Origin: a virus | Lineage: Duplodnaviria > Caudoviricetes | Direction: 5' to 3' (one strand) | Length of the DNA: 50,589 nucleotides | Virus record (IMG/VR): IMGVR_UViG_3300033150_001454 | Location: 1-50,589 of that record | In this document: positions 17,018-25,520 of the stretch, in pieces | Numbering within the stretch: the first letter of the stretch is position 1 | Layout of the letters: each line of letters opens with the position of its first letter | Position numbers and translations under genes: made by a program | Notes under the pieces: model-generated | Database searches by the model: none | What the model was told of the DNA's origin: nothing | The model's input: the letters and a program-made list of their open reading frames with translations, nothing else

Positions 17018-17609
17018 AATGAATAAATGTTCATCGTATATAAGATTTCGTATACAGTTTTGTATACATTTTACGAAAATCGTAGAAAACACTGAACAAA
17101 TATTCATTTTTGAATATGAAAAATGAATGAGTATAACTGAGGAGCATAGCGGAAGGGGAGGGCAAACGTGGATAACGCAATATATACCGGAGAGGCGGAA
17201 TATATATTGTAGAAAGAACCGTATATACCACTCGCCCAAAATATATACTCGGCGACGTATCTATATACCATATCGTCCAATGTTGTGCTTGCATAAGCGC
17301 TTATGTTATTACTATATCAGTATACTAAGTTAGTAAATATATTGTTGAATCAACATGTTCAGTAAACAAGAAAACAGCTGAACAAGTATTCATTATACTT
17401 AAGATTTTTGATGAGTATATAAATAAAATGAGGATATGCAAAGAATTAAGTATATGTTGGATACAGATTGATATACAAGTTTTACGAAATTCGTGGATGT
17501 GTTACGAAATAAGTTATTTTATAACAGCGATATACTTACTGACCATGTTCACTAATTCAACAATATACAATATTCAGAATTATCAAGAAAGTCCGAACAT
17601 TTATTCATT
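17018..17609. repeat. Four copies of GAACA-NN-TATTCATT
   Basis: 17018-17032 (minus), 17094-17108, 17380-17394, 17595-17609; degenerate copy at 17626-17640. Confidence 0.8.
17181..17267. repeat. Phased array of five TATATA hexamers
   Basis: TATATA at 17181, 17201, 17222, 17242, 17262. Confidence 0.8.
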
Positions 17610-17775
17610 GATTCATTGAGAAATTGAACACTTATTGAATATATATAGAATAAGCGAGTTTCAACATATATTATATTGATGATTAACTCAAGCTTTCACA
17701 TGTTGAGCTTGCGAGTTATGAAGTGTTGAATAAGAGAGAAAATCAACATGTGTAAAATCGTGAAGTGAACAAAGC

Positions 17776-18027
17776 ATGGGTAAGATTGACTTTCGTAGAT
17801 ACATACAAAAAGCAAACAAAAGAACAAGCAAAGAACGTGAAATGTGGCTATGTCTCGGCTTATACTCAAGCAGTACTGTTAGAACAATAACAAGTAAAAT
17901 AACTAATAGTCCAACTGAATTATCGCAAATAGTTGCTAATGTATTATGCAAGATAGCTAACAACGAAGCTGAGTATAAAGACCTGAAACCCGAGAAGATA
18001 TATACAGTTGAAAGAGCAAAGAAGTGA
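17776..18027 (+). CDS. Small protein, paralog of 13941..14159
   Basis: Shared motifs with 13941..14159; A-rich coding strand. Confidence 0.65.
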   Translation: MGKIDFRRYIQKANKRTSKEREMWLCLGLYSSSTVRTITSKITNSPTELSQIVANVLCKIANNEAEYKDLKPEKIYTVERAKK

Positions 18028-18033
18028 TAGAAC

Positions 18034-18195
18034 ATGAAAAGTATGAATTTCAATGAATTAAAAAACGCAACAAGAAAAGACTTAGAAAGAACAATAGAAC
18101 AGCTGAATGAATTAGTTAAAGATTTACATTATAGAATAACAATAATTGAAAGAGCAATAGAAAGACTAACAACAAATCAAAAAGACGATTATTAG
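18034..18195 (+). CDS. Small coiled-coil protein (53 aa, not in ORF track)
   Basis: MKSMNFNEL...LERTIEQLNELVKDLHYRITIIERAIERL...; followed by a T-tract. Confidence 0.55.
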   Translation: MKSMNFNELKNATRKDLERTIEQLNELVKDLHYRITIIERAIERLTTNQKDDY

Positions 18196-18210
18196 AACAT
18201 CAATTCTCCT

Positions 18211-18232
18211 ATTTTTTATATTATTTTTTTTT
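18211..18232 (+). terminator. Oligo-T archaeal-type terminator
   Basis: ATTTTTTATATTATTTTTTTTT right after the two plus-strand ORFs. Confidence 0.55.
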
Positions 18233-18311
18233 GCACGTCCAATTGTATAATTACTACAAAATTCTGTATATGACATACAAAAAAATTGAGTAAGAAGTAA
18301 CAGTTCCCCTC

Positions 18312-19118
18312 TCACACAATTCTCAATTTTTCATGTGCGATTAACGATTTTTGTCTCTTATAATAATTTAACCTTTCAAGCCAAGCCTCGAAGAATCTAA
18401 TCCGTTCTTCTTTGTTTCTACAGCTCCAATTCGCATTCAGCGCCCGGCTCACAGGTCTCGTCCACGCCATACTATCGAAACTATCAATAAGGGATTTTAC
18501 AATTGGAAAGACTCTGAGTTTCAACCCGAAAACATGCAGGCTTTTGTCTGGAAGCTCACGCCTTACTAAATGTATAGTCTGATGAATGATTTTCTCATTA
18601 AGTTCGATGCATAAGTTGCCAATAGCAAAATGTTTGAATTCCTCTAGAATTCCATGATCGCGATAAAGTTTGATGCTTCGTAAAACGCTTTTAGGCTGTT
18701 TATTCCATCCTTGAATGCTAATGAGCCAATTAACATAACTGAACTTCTCAGTATAATCTATAACATTCTGGAATGTCCTTTCAATATTCGTTACGTCATC
18801 ACTTAGCCAAAGACTCTTCGGATGATAATCATCGCAATAATCGGGGCATGTAGCCAAGATTTGAGCGTCTGGAAGAAACCGTTTCATTCGGTTATGGATC
18901 ATAATGATGCGATAAATCCAATAGCGAGGATAATCCTTAACTTTCGAATCACGGAAAATTTCAATTCCACTATCAATAATGACAGACTTAATACGCTTCC
19001 TAAACTTTCGGATATAACTTAAACCGTTCTGAGGATGATTCGCATTAATCAAAACAAAGGGATATGGTTTGGGAGGTAAAGTATAAAATATCGGTTTCAA
19101 ATAAATCAGCTCATCCAT
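18312..19118 (-). CDS. tRNA-guanine transglycosylase-like (DpdA/TGT-fold) protein, candidate DNA base-modification enzyme
   Basis: IIDSG, PDY, SIQG, AIGNLC, LHVFGLK, DSFDSMAW motifs. Confidence 0.65.
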   Translation of the reverse strand: MDELIYLKPIFYTLPPKPYPFVLINANHPQNGLSYIRKFRKRIKSVIIDSGIEIFRDSKVKDYPRYWIYRIIMIHNRMKRFLPDAQILATCPDYCDDYHPKSLWLSDDVTNIERTFQNVIDYTEKFSYVNWLISIQGWNKQPKSVLRSIKLYRDHGILEEFKHFAIGNLCIELNEKIIHQTIHLVRRELPDKSLHVFGLKLRVFPIVKSLIDSFDSMAWTRPVSRALNANWSCRNKEERIRFFEAWLERLNYYKRQKSLIAHEKLRIV

Positions 19119-19227
19119 CGGTTCTTCTTCTTCCGCTTATCTATTAAACACTACGTAGCAGTCTCTTGTATAAGTTCTTGTCCGATATAGAGGCCAATTT
19201 TGGATGCAAAATTGGTCAATATAAGGG

Positions 19228-20055
19228 TCATTGCTTGCCGTACATTGCGAGGATGAGTTTCTCTCTCTCCTTCCTCTTCTTCTCTCGCTCTTTCTCACAC
19301 TTCTCAAACGTGAACTTAGGATCGTAGATGAACTGATAGCAGTTCTCGTCAAGGAACTTGTAGATTCGATTAATGGGTACGAAGAAGCCCATGTGCGTGA
19401 TAGCGTCTGCTGAGAAGCCGAACATCGCAACGGTCAGTCTTGCAGGCATGCCCAAGAACTCGAACCGTCCTCGTTCCTTAGACCACCTGAAGACTGCACC
19501 TCCCGAATTTCCAAATATGCTCTGTGCGGTGCTCATCCAGTATTCCTTGCCCTCAATTATCTCATCCATATAAGAAATAATCCCCTTAGTGGCGATTGGT
19601 TCGTGTCCCATAGCGGCTCCTACACAGTAGACTTCATCGAATACGTGTATATCATCCAGTTTCTCCTTAGGATATAAATTGGCTATGTATTCTATTGGGT
19701 TTTCATATCTTTCAAGCTCAAGCAAGGCGATATCTTCATCCTTCGAATACGCGACTATGTTGGCTCTATGCTCTCCTGAGCTTCCCTTACATCGGGAATA
19801 GTTCTCATAATAGAATATCTGAACAGATGGTTTCCCTAGGACTTCCATCTTTCTCTCCACTTTCGCTATCTCATCCCACTTTGTCTTTATCTCTATCAAA
19901 TCATCGACAACGTGTTCACATGTTAACACATAAGTCCTGAATTTTCCCTTATTGTCCTGTCCAGACCAAATTACTGTTCCAGAGCCTCCAGCCTTCTTAG
20001 CTCTCACTCGCACCGTAGTCCATAAAATCTGCTCATGCAAATCTTTTAAATCCAT
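19228..20055 (-). CDS. Trypsin-like (S1) serine protease
   Basis: GSG, LTCEHV (His), DIALL (Asp), GNSGG (Ser). Confidence 0.9.
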   Translation of the reverse strand: MDLKDLHEQILWTTVRVRAKKAGGSGTVIWSGQDNKGKFRTYVLTCEHVVDDLIEIKTKWDEIAKVERKMEVLGKPSVQIFYYENYSRCKGSSGEHRANIVAYSKDEDIALLELERYENPIEYIANLYPKEKLDDIHVFDEVYCVGAAMGHEPIATKGIISYMDEIIEGKEYWMSTAQSIFGNSGGAVFRWSKERGRFEFLGMPARLTVAMFGFSADAITHMGFFVPINRIYKFLDENCYQFIYDPKFTFEKCEKEREKKRKEREKLILAMYGKQ

Positions 20056-20100
20056 ACAGATCCCAATAATTTCTTTTATTTCTTCCTTATAAGGTTAACC

Positions 20101-20850
20101 CTAAGACAGGATGGCGACTGCGAACTCGCTAGGGAAGTGTATGGCTTCTATCTCGGCTATCCTTTGCCTGAAGAGATTTATCCTGGTTTGATACTGTGTC
20201 GGGATGTAAGTGCCTAAGTCTCCACCTGCAAATTCGTTGAGTCCTTCTCCATCACTCGTGCCCATCTTCGCCTGCAACACCTTTATGGCAACCTTCAATG
20301 TGCAATACTCCTGTAAAATCTTCGAGTCTATGTTGTAGCCGTAAGTGTAAGTCATCTTCAGGCGCTTTGGACCAGCAAGAGGAAAGTTATCGTAGATCCA
20401 CAGCGCATAGCCATAAGTCTTACTTCCAGATGACACTTGTAGGAGCATGAAGTCAGAGCCGTCTCCTGGTCCCTCAGTCAGCTCTTCCCAATCTGGCGCA
20501 TCAGTAGGATCCTCATCATTCTTGTATAGTGAAGTGATGGAGATGATGGGACCTTTCACATTTTTCAGGGGCACGAGCACGCCTGCACCCATACTCGTCC
20601 CTATGAACAACTGCCCAGTCTTCGCCTTATACGTCGCAGAATAATACCCCACACTCTCCTCTATATTCGGTACATCTATGTAAACATCAGTGGCTGTATG
20701 AGATCCGAGTCTTCTCTCTATGACTTCCTTCTCTATCTCTTCTATCCACGTGAGTACCTCAGAAGAGCTAGGATTTGTAGAATCTGTAATATCTATTTGG
20801 GTGACGGCCTCAACTAAAGATTCTGAAGTATACTGCGGCGAATACGACAA
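20101..20850 (-). CDS. Head-tail adaptor / neck protein
   Basis: Position after capsid genes; N-terminal YTS..V, I.SITSL, ..TYTYGY adaptor-like pattern. Confidence 0.6.
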   Translation of the reverse strand: MSYSPQYTSESLVEAVTQIDITDSTNPSSSEVLTWIEEIEKEVIERRLGSHTATDVYIDVPNIEESVGYYSATYKAKTGQLFIGTSMGAGVLVPLKNVKGPIISITSLYKNDEDPTDAPDWEELTEGPGDGSDFMLLQVSSGSKTYGYALWIYDNFPLAGPKRLKMTYTYGYNIDSKILQEYCTLKVAIKVLQAKMGTSDGEGLNEFAGGDLGTYIPTQYQTRINLFRQRIAEIEAIHFPSEFAVAILS

Positions 20851-20851
20851 A

Positions 20852-21136
20852 TCAGATCACCTTAGTTATTATCTCACTAACTACGTACAAAATAAAGCTT
20901 ATGAACGTGGAAGAGATCATGAGCTTCCACTTCGTGTCTATCTCCTTCTTCATGCTTCTCTCATCCATAAGAAGCTTAACGGAGTGCGACAAGTCATTGA
21001 TACTTCGTGCATTCTTCATGATCTGGTCAACGAGTTTCTGCTGATTCTCTTCAAAACGGTCGAACCTAGCTGCTAGATTGCTGATCCTCTCTTCGAGTAC
21101 AGCCAAGCACTCTCTAGCAGTCAGCCGTCCCATCAC
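20852..21136 (-). CDS. Coiled-coil protein with C-terminal transmembrane helix (holin/XhlA-like)
   Basis: LAVLEERISNL heptads plus a hydrophobic C-terminus. Confidence 0.55.
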   Translation of the reverse strand: MMGRLTARECLAVLEERISNLAARFDRFEENQQKLVDQIMKNARSINDLSHSVKLLMDERSMKKEIDTKWKLMISSTFISFILYVVSEIITKVI

Positions 21137-21441
21137 CCTTTCCCAGCATACAGATATACGTTATAAGTTCCATCAGTCCTCGATGTGATGTTCGCCCTTA
21201 TCTTCGCATGTACCTCATTCTTCGATAAATAACTCGTCCCATTCGCCGTCACATTTATCGATCCTATAGTGTACCAATTGGTACCATCAGGAGAGCCTTC
21301 TAAGGCTATGGTTGCACCAGTCGACACATTAGTGGCAATGACCATCATCGTAATCTTCGATCTTCCATTCGTATCTAAGACCGGAGATGCCCCTGTGCTC
21401 GTAGCGTTCGTGAGGACTTTTACGGGTCCCAATTCTCTCAT
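21133..21441 (-). CDS. Small beta-rich virion protein
   Basis: Thr/Gly-rich, LEGSPDGTNWY motif. Confidence 0.55.
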   Translation of the reverse strand: MRELGPVKVLTNATSTGASPVLDTNGRSKITMMVIATNVSTGATIALEGSPDGTNWYTIGSINVTANGTSYLSKNEVHAKIRANITSRTDGTYNVYLYAGKG

Positions 21442-21500
21442 GGTTCATCAGTATAACTAAAACCATAATTGATATAAAGCTTTCTACATCATATTAAATC

Positions 21501-22019
21501 ATGAGCAAGCGCAAATTCTTTCCCAAGCTTTCAGAATTCGTACCGTTCAAAGACCCCCTCCACGTGATATTTCCTTCAGCGCCCAAGTGTCCAAGATGTG
21601 GCGACTTCTTAGAACTCAGGAGCATAAAGCCTCATTGGTTCCCTTACATTCACGTTGACGTAGCATTCGAATGCGTAGTCTGCATGGAGTACTATACGTT
21701 TGGTATTCCAATGAATAGACATGCAGGACTCTCGTTAATTATATGGGATTCAAATCCGCAGGAAGCACTCAAGAAATTTCTGAAGTTAGGCAAGCGATAC
21801 TGTCCTTACAAGCATGGAGAAATGCTGCCCACAAAGATATTCGGAGACTGGATACCAGATACTGAGCAAGTAGAATATCAATGGAAATGCCCTGTCTGCT
21901 TCCTAACTAAACACGAGAGTTACAAGAGGACGTTCCCTCATTTGAAGAGGTCTCCATTCACCAAAGAGGAAGAAGAGTCCATAAAGAAGAAGCTACAAGA
22001 ATTAGGCTATTTAGCCTGA
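21501..22019 (+). CDS. Zinc-finger protein (lone plus-strand gene)
   Basis: CPRC, CVVC, CPYKH, CPVC. Confidence 0.65.
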   Translation: MSKRKFFPKLSEFVPFKDPLHVIFPSAPKCPRCGDFLELRSIKPHWFPYIHVDVAFECVVCMEYYTFGIPMNRHAGLSLIIWDSNPQEALKKFLKLGKRYCPYKHGEMLPTKIFGDWIPDTEQVEYQWKCPVCFLTKHESYKRTFPHLKRSPFTKEEEESIKKKLQELGYLA

Positions 22020-22777
22020 GGAAATATCAGCTTACACTGAAATGGTACTTCGAATTCTATGGGATGTGCATAGATACCGTGTCCAATCTTGTGGTCCTCA
22101 CCCATAGCTTCTCCATGATCAGCTAGTACTAGTACATAAGTAGGATGACTAAATATAGATCTAGATAGTACTTCATCACAGTACATGATCATTTCTTTCT
22201 GTTTTCTCCTTATCAATTCGAAGAACTCTGGCTTGTAGACATCTTTCCCCTGATTATATTGTTTAGTACTTCCGTATAGAGTTCCATCGTACCCTTTCAG
22301 TGAATAAGGCCAATGCGTCTCCCCAGTCCACAGCACGAAGAATATAGGAGCCTTCTCAACTGATTTCTGATTCCATAGCTCAACTCCCTCCTTGCACACA
22401 TTATGATCTTTCATGAAGTGGTACTCATTAAAAGCTTCAATGGCTGAACGCACTGATATCATTCCTTTCCACAGCATTGGCATCCCAGTTATAAGTATCT
22501 TGTACTCTTTCCGTTTCTTTATGAAGTTAACTTCTCCAGACGATGCGTATGGAAAATCATCAGGCAGAGGATGAGGAAAGTATCCGTGCCCGAAGATCTC
22601 TACAAATGAAGGAGCGGTTATATTCGCATTCGAATATGCTCTTGTTACATTACCCAATCTCTTGAAGAATTTAGTCTTGGGCAGTACTTCGCAGAACAGG
22701 TCATATCTGCACGAGTCAAGGACGATGATGAAGTGATTCACCAGAGGCGTATGCCTCGACCCTTCTCCCATCTCCAT
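22007..22777 (-). CDS. Alkaline phosphatase/sulfatase superfamily protein
   Basis: IVLDSCRYD, NITAPS, ETHWPY, ADHGE, GHG, VP. Confidence 0.8.
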   Translation of the reverse strand: MEMGEGSRHTPLVNHFIIVLDSCRYDLFCEVLPKTKFFKRLGNVTRAYSNANITAPSFVEIFGHGYFPHPLPDDFPYASSGEVNFIKKRKEYKILITGMPMLWKGMISVRSAIEAFNEYHFMKDHNVCKEGVELWNQKSVEKAPIFFVLWTGETHWPYSLKGYDGTLYGSTKQYNQGKDVYKPEFFELIRRKQKEMIMYCDEVLSRSIFSHPTYVLVLADHGEAMGEDHKIGHGIYAHPIEFEVPFQCKLIFPQAK

Positions 22778-23796
22778 CCCTTCATCAATAATTCTTTATC
22801 AGTAAAGAATTCATGACCGTCCTTCCACTCACTCGCATTCTCCATCATCCACTCAGCTCGCTCCTCAGCTCGCTTCTTAGGATTATGAAATTCTCTAGCC
22901 CATTGCTGATGCCTTACCGCTAAATCATAATAGCCATCTTCATCACACAAGATCTCAAGCGTCTTCTTCAAATCATTCTTTAGATTCCTTGAAGTCACAT
23001 GAAGGAATGGAGGATCATCTGCATCAACCGGCAATAGCTTGTTCACTATCACAGGCTGCCCCATCCATGCACTTTCAACTGTACAGTTCCCATACCACTC
23101 TATATCTTCAGCTATCTGATCGAACAACACATGATGATTCTTAGCTCTATATTCAATACATTTGTACCACGGCGTAAAAGCTATTGGATCGAATGTTACG
23201 GAATATTCTCTCGCAAGCTCTCCCAATACCTTGATGAACATGAAGGTTCCCTTTCTTTGAGGATTTGTAGGGGAATGACCTATAATCAGAGGATTCGAAT
23301 ATGATCTCGTGATACGAGTGTCTAGAAATTCTTCATCCACGATAGTATTTGGTATCCAAATTTTCTTCCTTACTGATAAAATTGCATTCAAAAGATCAGG
23401 AGTTGACACAATTATTGCATCATCGTTCTCTCCGAAGAAGCTATTTGCAAGCTGTGAGTTATTTCTCAATTGATCTCCATTCTGTATATAGACGCATCGC
23501 TTACCTTTATAATAATCCTCAAACAGGATATCCCATCCATAGTACCTATCATAGACATCAAAGATGAGTACTTCAGAATCCTTTACCAGCTCTATAATAT
23601 CATCTCTAGAATAGAACTTGTTATCCAGCATCGAGTAGTGCCCATACTGAGCGCACAGGTCATAAGGATAGTGTATATAATTCGAGTTCATCTTCAAGAA
23701 CCTGGCAGAATACCTCGTATATCGATTAATAGCCCTAGTAAAGGCTATACACTGCCCACCAGTGTCAGCATTACTCAGAAATAAGAAATCAGGCAT
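22738..23796 (-). CDS. GT-B fold glycosyltransferase
   Basis: IIVSTPDL, WIPN, IGHSPT..RKGT, DQ...YGNCTVESAWMGQPVI. Confidence 0.8.
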   Translation of the reverse strand: MPDFLFLSNADTGGQCIAFTRAINRYTRYSARFLKMNSNYIHYPYDLCAQYGHYSMLDNKFYSRDDIIELVKDSEVLIFDVYDRYYGWDILFEDYYKGKRCVYIQNGDQLRNNSQLANSFFGENDDAIIVSTPDLLNAILSVRKKIWIPNTIVDEEFLDTRITRSYSNPLIIGHSPTNPQRKGTFMFIKVLGELAREYSVTFDPIAFTPWYKCIEYRAKNHHVLFDQIAEDIEWYGNCTVESAWMGQPVIVNKLLPVDADDPPFLHVTSRNLKNDLKKTLEILCDEDGYYDLAVRHQQWAREFHNPKKRAEERAEWMMENASEWKDGHEFFTDKELLMKGWRWEKGRGIRLW

Positions 23797-23845
23797 ATTT
23801 CATCATTCATATAACAAACTCTAACTTATTTAAAGATTGTTATAT

Positions 23846-23875
23846 AAAAAAAAGAGAGAGGGGAAATTGAGAGGG
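23846..23875 (-). terminator. Pyrimidine-rich/oligo-T terminator after the capsid operon
   Basis: Minus strand ...CCCCTCTCTCTTTTTTTT. Confidence 0.55.
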
Positions 23876-23893
23876 TTCTGGATGAGCCAGCAG

Positions 23894-24217
23894 CTAATAC
23901 CCTACGGCGATGAATGCGAAGCTCTGAGACGATAGGTCCGTTCCAGAGCTAACTTCCTCAAGCTGGATTACTCCAGACGAGGTGCTGTCAGCACGGTGCC
24001 CCAGTATCTTCACCTTCGAGTTGGAATGGTCGACTTCTGCGACGTATCCGCCTGAAGGGAAGACATAGAGCCGAGTCACGACAGAGAGGGCGAAGTCTCC
24101 TGCAGTGTAGCTCTCACCGCCAGTAGCGTAACTGCTGCTGGGGCTCAGCACTCCGTAGACGATTATTCGATCACCAAAGTAGGTGAGGTGATCCCGCGTT
24201 ACAGTTACGCTACCCAT
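23894..24217 (-). CDS. Capsid-associated (decoration/minor) protein
   Basis: Directly downstream of MCP; SYATGGE...EVSSGTDLS...FIAVG pattern. Confidence 0.6.
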   Translation of the reverse strand: MGSVTVTRDHLTYFGDRIIVYGVLSPSSSYATGGESYTAGDFALSVVTRLYVFPSGGYVAEVDHSNSKVKILGHRADSTSSGVIQLEEVSSGTDLSSQSFAFIAVGY

Positions 24218-24228
24218 CCTTCACCCTC

Positions 24229-25512
24229 CTATGTACTCTTGAGGTACTTGACAGCTCCGTTAGCCCTGAAGTTAGTGCATATCAATTGCGCGCCATACAA
24301 TAGCATGTGCCTCGTCTTGAGCATGTCGCCAGTCAACATGGCGTGTGGCGGAGTCTCAAGGTACGTTACGGGCACAGCAGTCCTTATCTCTATCGTGTCT
24401 AGGTCAATGATGTAAATGTTGCCTATGTCAGCATCAGTAATCGTCGCAGACCTGTTCGCAGATGTCTCGTTGGCTGCATGCCTCGTGGTGAAGAATGGTA
24501 TCTCAATTCCAGATGCAACGTAGGCTCCCACTGTGAAGCCTGCACGTGCACCTTTCCTCGTAGATACACCATTCATCGTCACTTGAACATCCACAGGAGT
24601 GTTCAGGAATCTCTGCTTAGGATCGATGAGCTTCTGCATCTCATTCAATGTCTTCGGACCAGTGATGCCGATGTACCGCTTATTCTTGCTGTAGGGCATG
24701 ATAGCCGCGACTACATCATCTATGTAGTCAAGCTTCAAGACCCTCGCAGCTGCCGATGAGGGCAAGGATAAGCCAGATCCAGCACCACAGCCGAATACAT
24801 CGTTAGAGTCAGCAGACCTATCGATCAATGCAGAAGATTTACCCCAGTAGATATCTGGGTCAGCAGCATCCGAGACGTAAGTCGTAGAAGCCTCTGCGCT
24901 TGCAGAGCAGATCCTGTCTATTGACTCAATGAATAGAGCACTTGATCCATCGTTGTTCACAGTATCGATGGTCTGACATAGCTTAGCGTCTATCTGGTGC
25001 GGGAACAGCTCAGCATGGTACTGCTTGATCCATTGAGGGTCAAGCTTTGGCTCAGTCTGCCACGTGCTCCTCGTCCTAGAGGGCAAGCTAGTCTCCCATG
25101 GGTCAACCATGTAAGCAGGCTCGAACTCCTCCAGAGTCGAGACGGTTGGTGCAGACTCAGCCGAACCAGATGCGAACGGTGTCGAAGATCCGCTTACGCC
25201 TTGAAGCCCAGCAAGGTCACTCGATACGTACTTGATCGAGTCTCCCTCTGCGAGGAACGTTGTCTTCCTCAATAGCTTCCAGACTTCAGTGGATCTTTCT
25301 ACCCACATCTGCACAGTTGCTGAGAACTTAGGCTCAAAGTAGTAGTTGTATGGAGACGCAGGAGCATCCCATGGACCTATAGCCTTCCTTATCGCATCGG
25401 ATACTGCTGAAGCCCCTCCAACGGAATCAAGTCCGAATAGAGTGGCTACCATCCCGCCCTTATTGTACCACCAGTCTAAATATTCCTTCCCGTATGGATA
25501 TCTAGGTATCAT
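24229..25512 (-). CDS. Major capsid protein (HK97 fold)
   Basis: Follows the protease/scaffold; ESIDRI, IYIIDLD, C-terminal LIC.NFRANGAVKYL; 427 aa. Confidence 0.85.
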   Translation of the reverse strand: MIPRYPYGKEYLDWWYNKGGMVATLFGLDSVGGASAVSDAIRKAIGPWDAPASPYNYYFEPKFSATVQMWVERSTEVWKLLRKTTFLAEGDSIKYVSSDLAGLQGVSGSSTPFASGSAESAPTVSTLEEFEPAYMVDPWETSLPSRTRSTWQTEPKLDPQWIKQYHAELFPHQIDAKLCQTIDTVNNDGSSALFIESIDRICSASAEASTTYVSDAADPDIYWGKSSALIDRSADSNDVFGCGAGSGLSLPSSAAARVLKLDYIDDVVAAIMPYSKNKRYIGITGPKTLNEMQKLIDPKQRFLNTPVDVQVTMNGVSTRKGARAGFTVGAYVASGIEIPFFTTRHAANETSANRSATITDADIGNIYIIDLDTIEIRTAVPVTYLETPPHAMLTGDMLKTRHMLLYGAQLICTNFRANGAVKYLKST

Positions 25513-25520
25513 TCTCTATC

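Larger units (their letters stand above)
17000..17700. promoter_or_regulatory. AT-rich non-coding control region (candidate origin, genome terminus or divergent promoters)
   Basis: Multiple direct and inverted repeats, palindromes; divergent flanking genes; no credible ORF. Confidence 0.6.

Noticed and set aside
17000-17700. Possible mini-CRISPR array in the repeat-rich region
   Set aside because: Repeats are 6-15 bp, irregularly spaced or with 14-15 bp spacers; no 25-40 bp repeat/spacer periodicity
17006-18053. ORFs 17006..17239, 17031..17294, 17127..17333, 17428..17619 and 17688..18053
   Set aside because: No RBS, atypical composition, mutually overlapping or antisense to the better-supported 17776..18027; likely spurious
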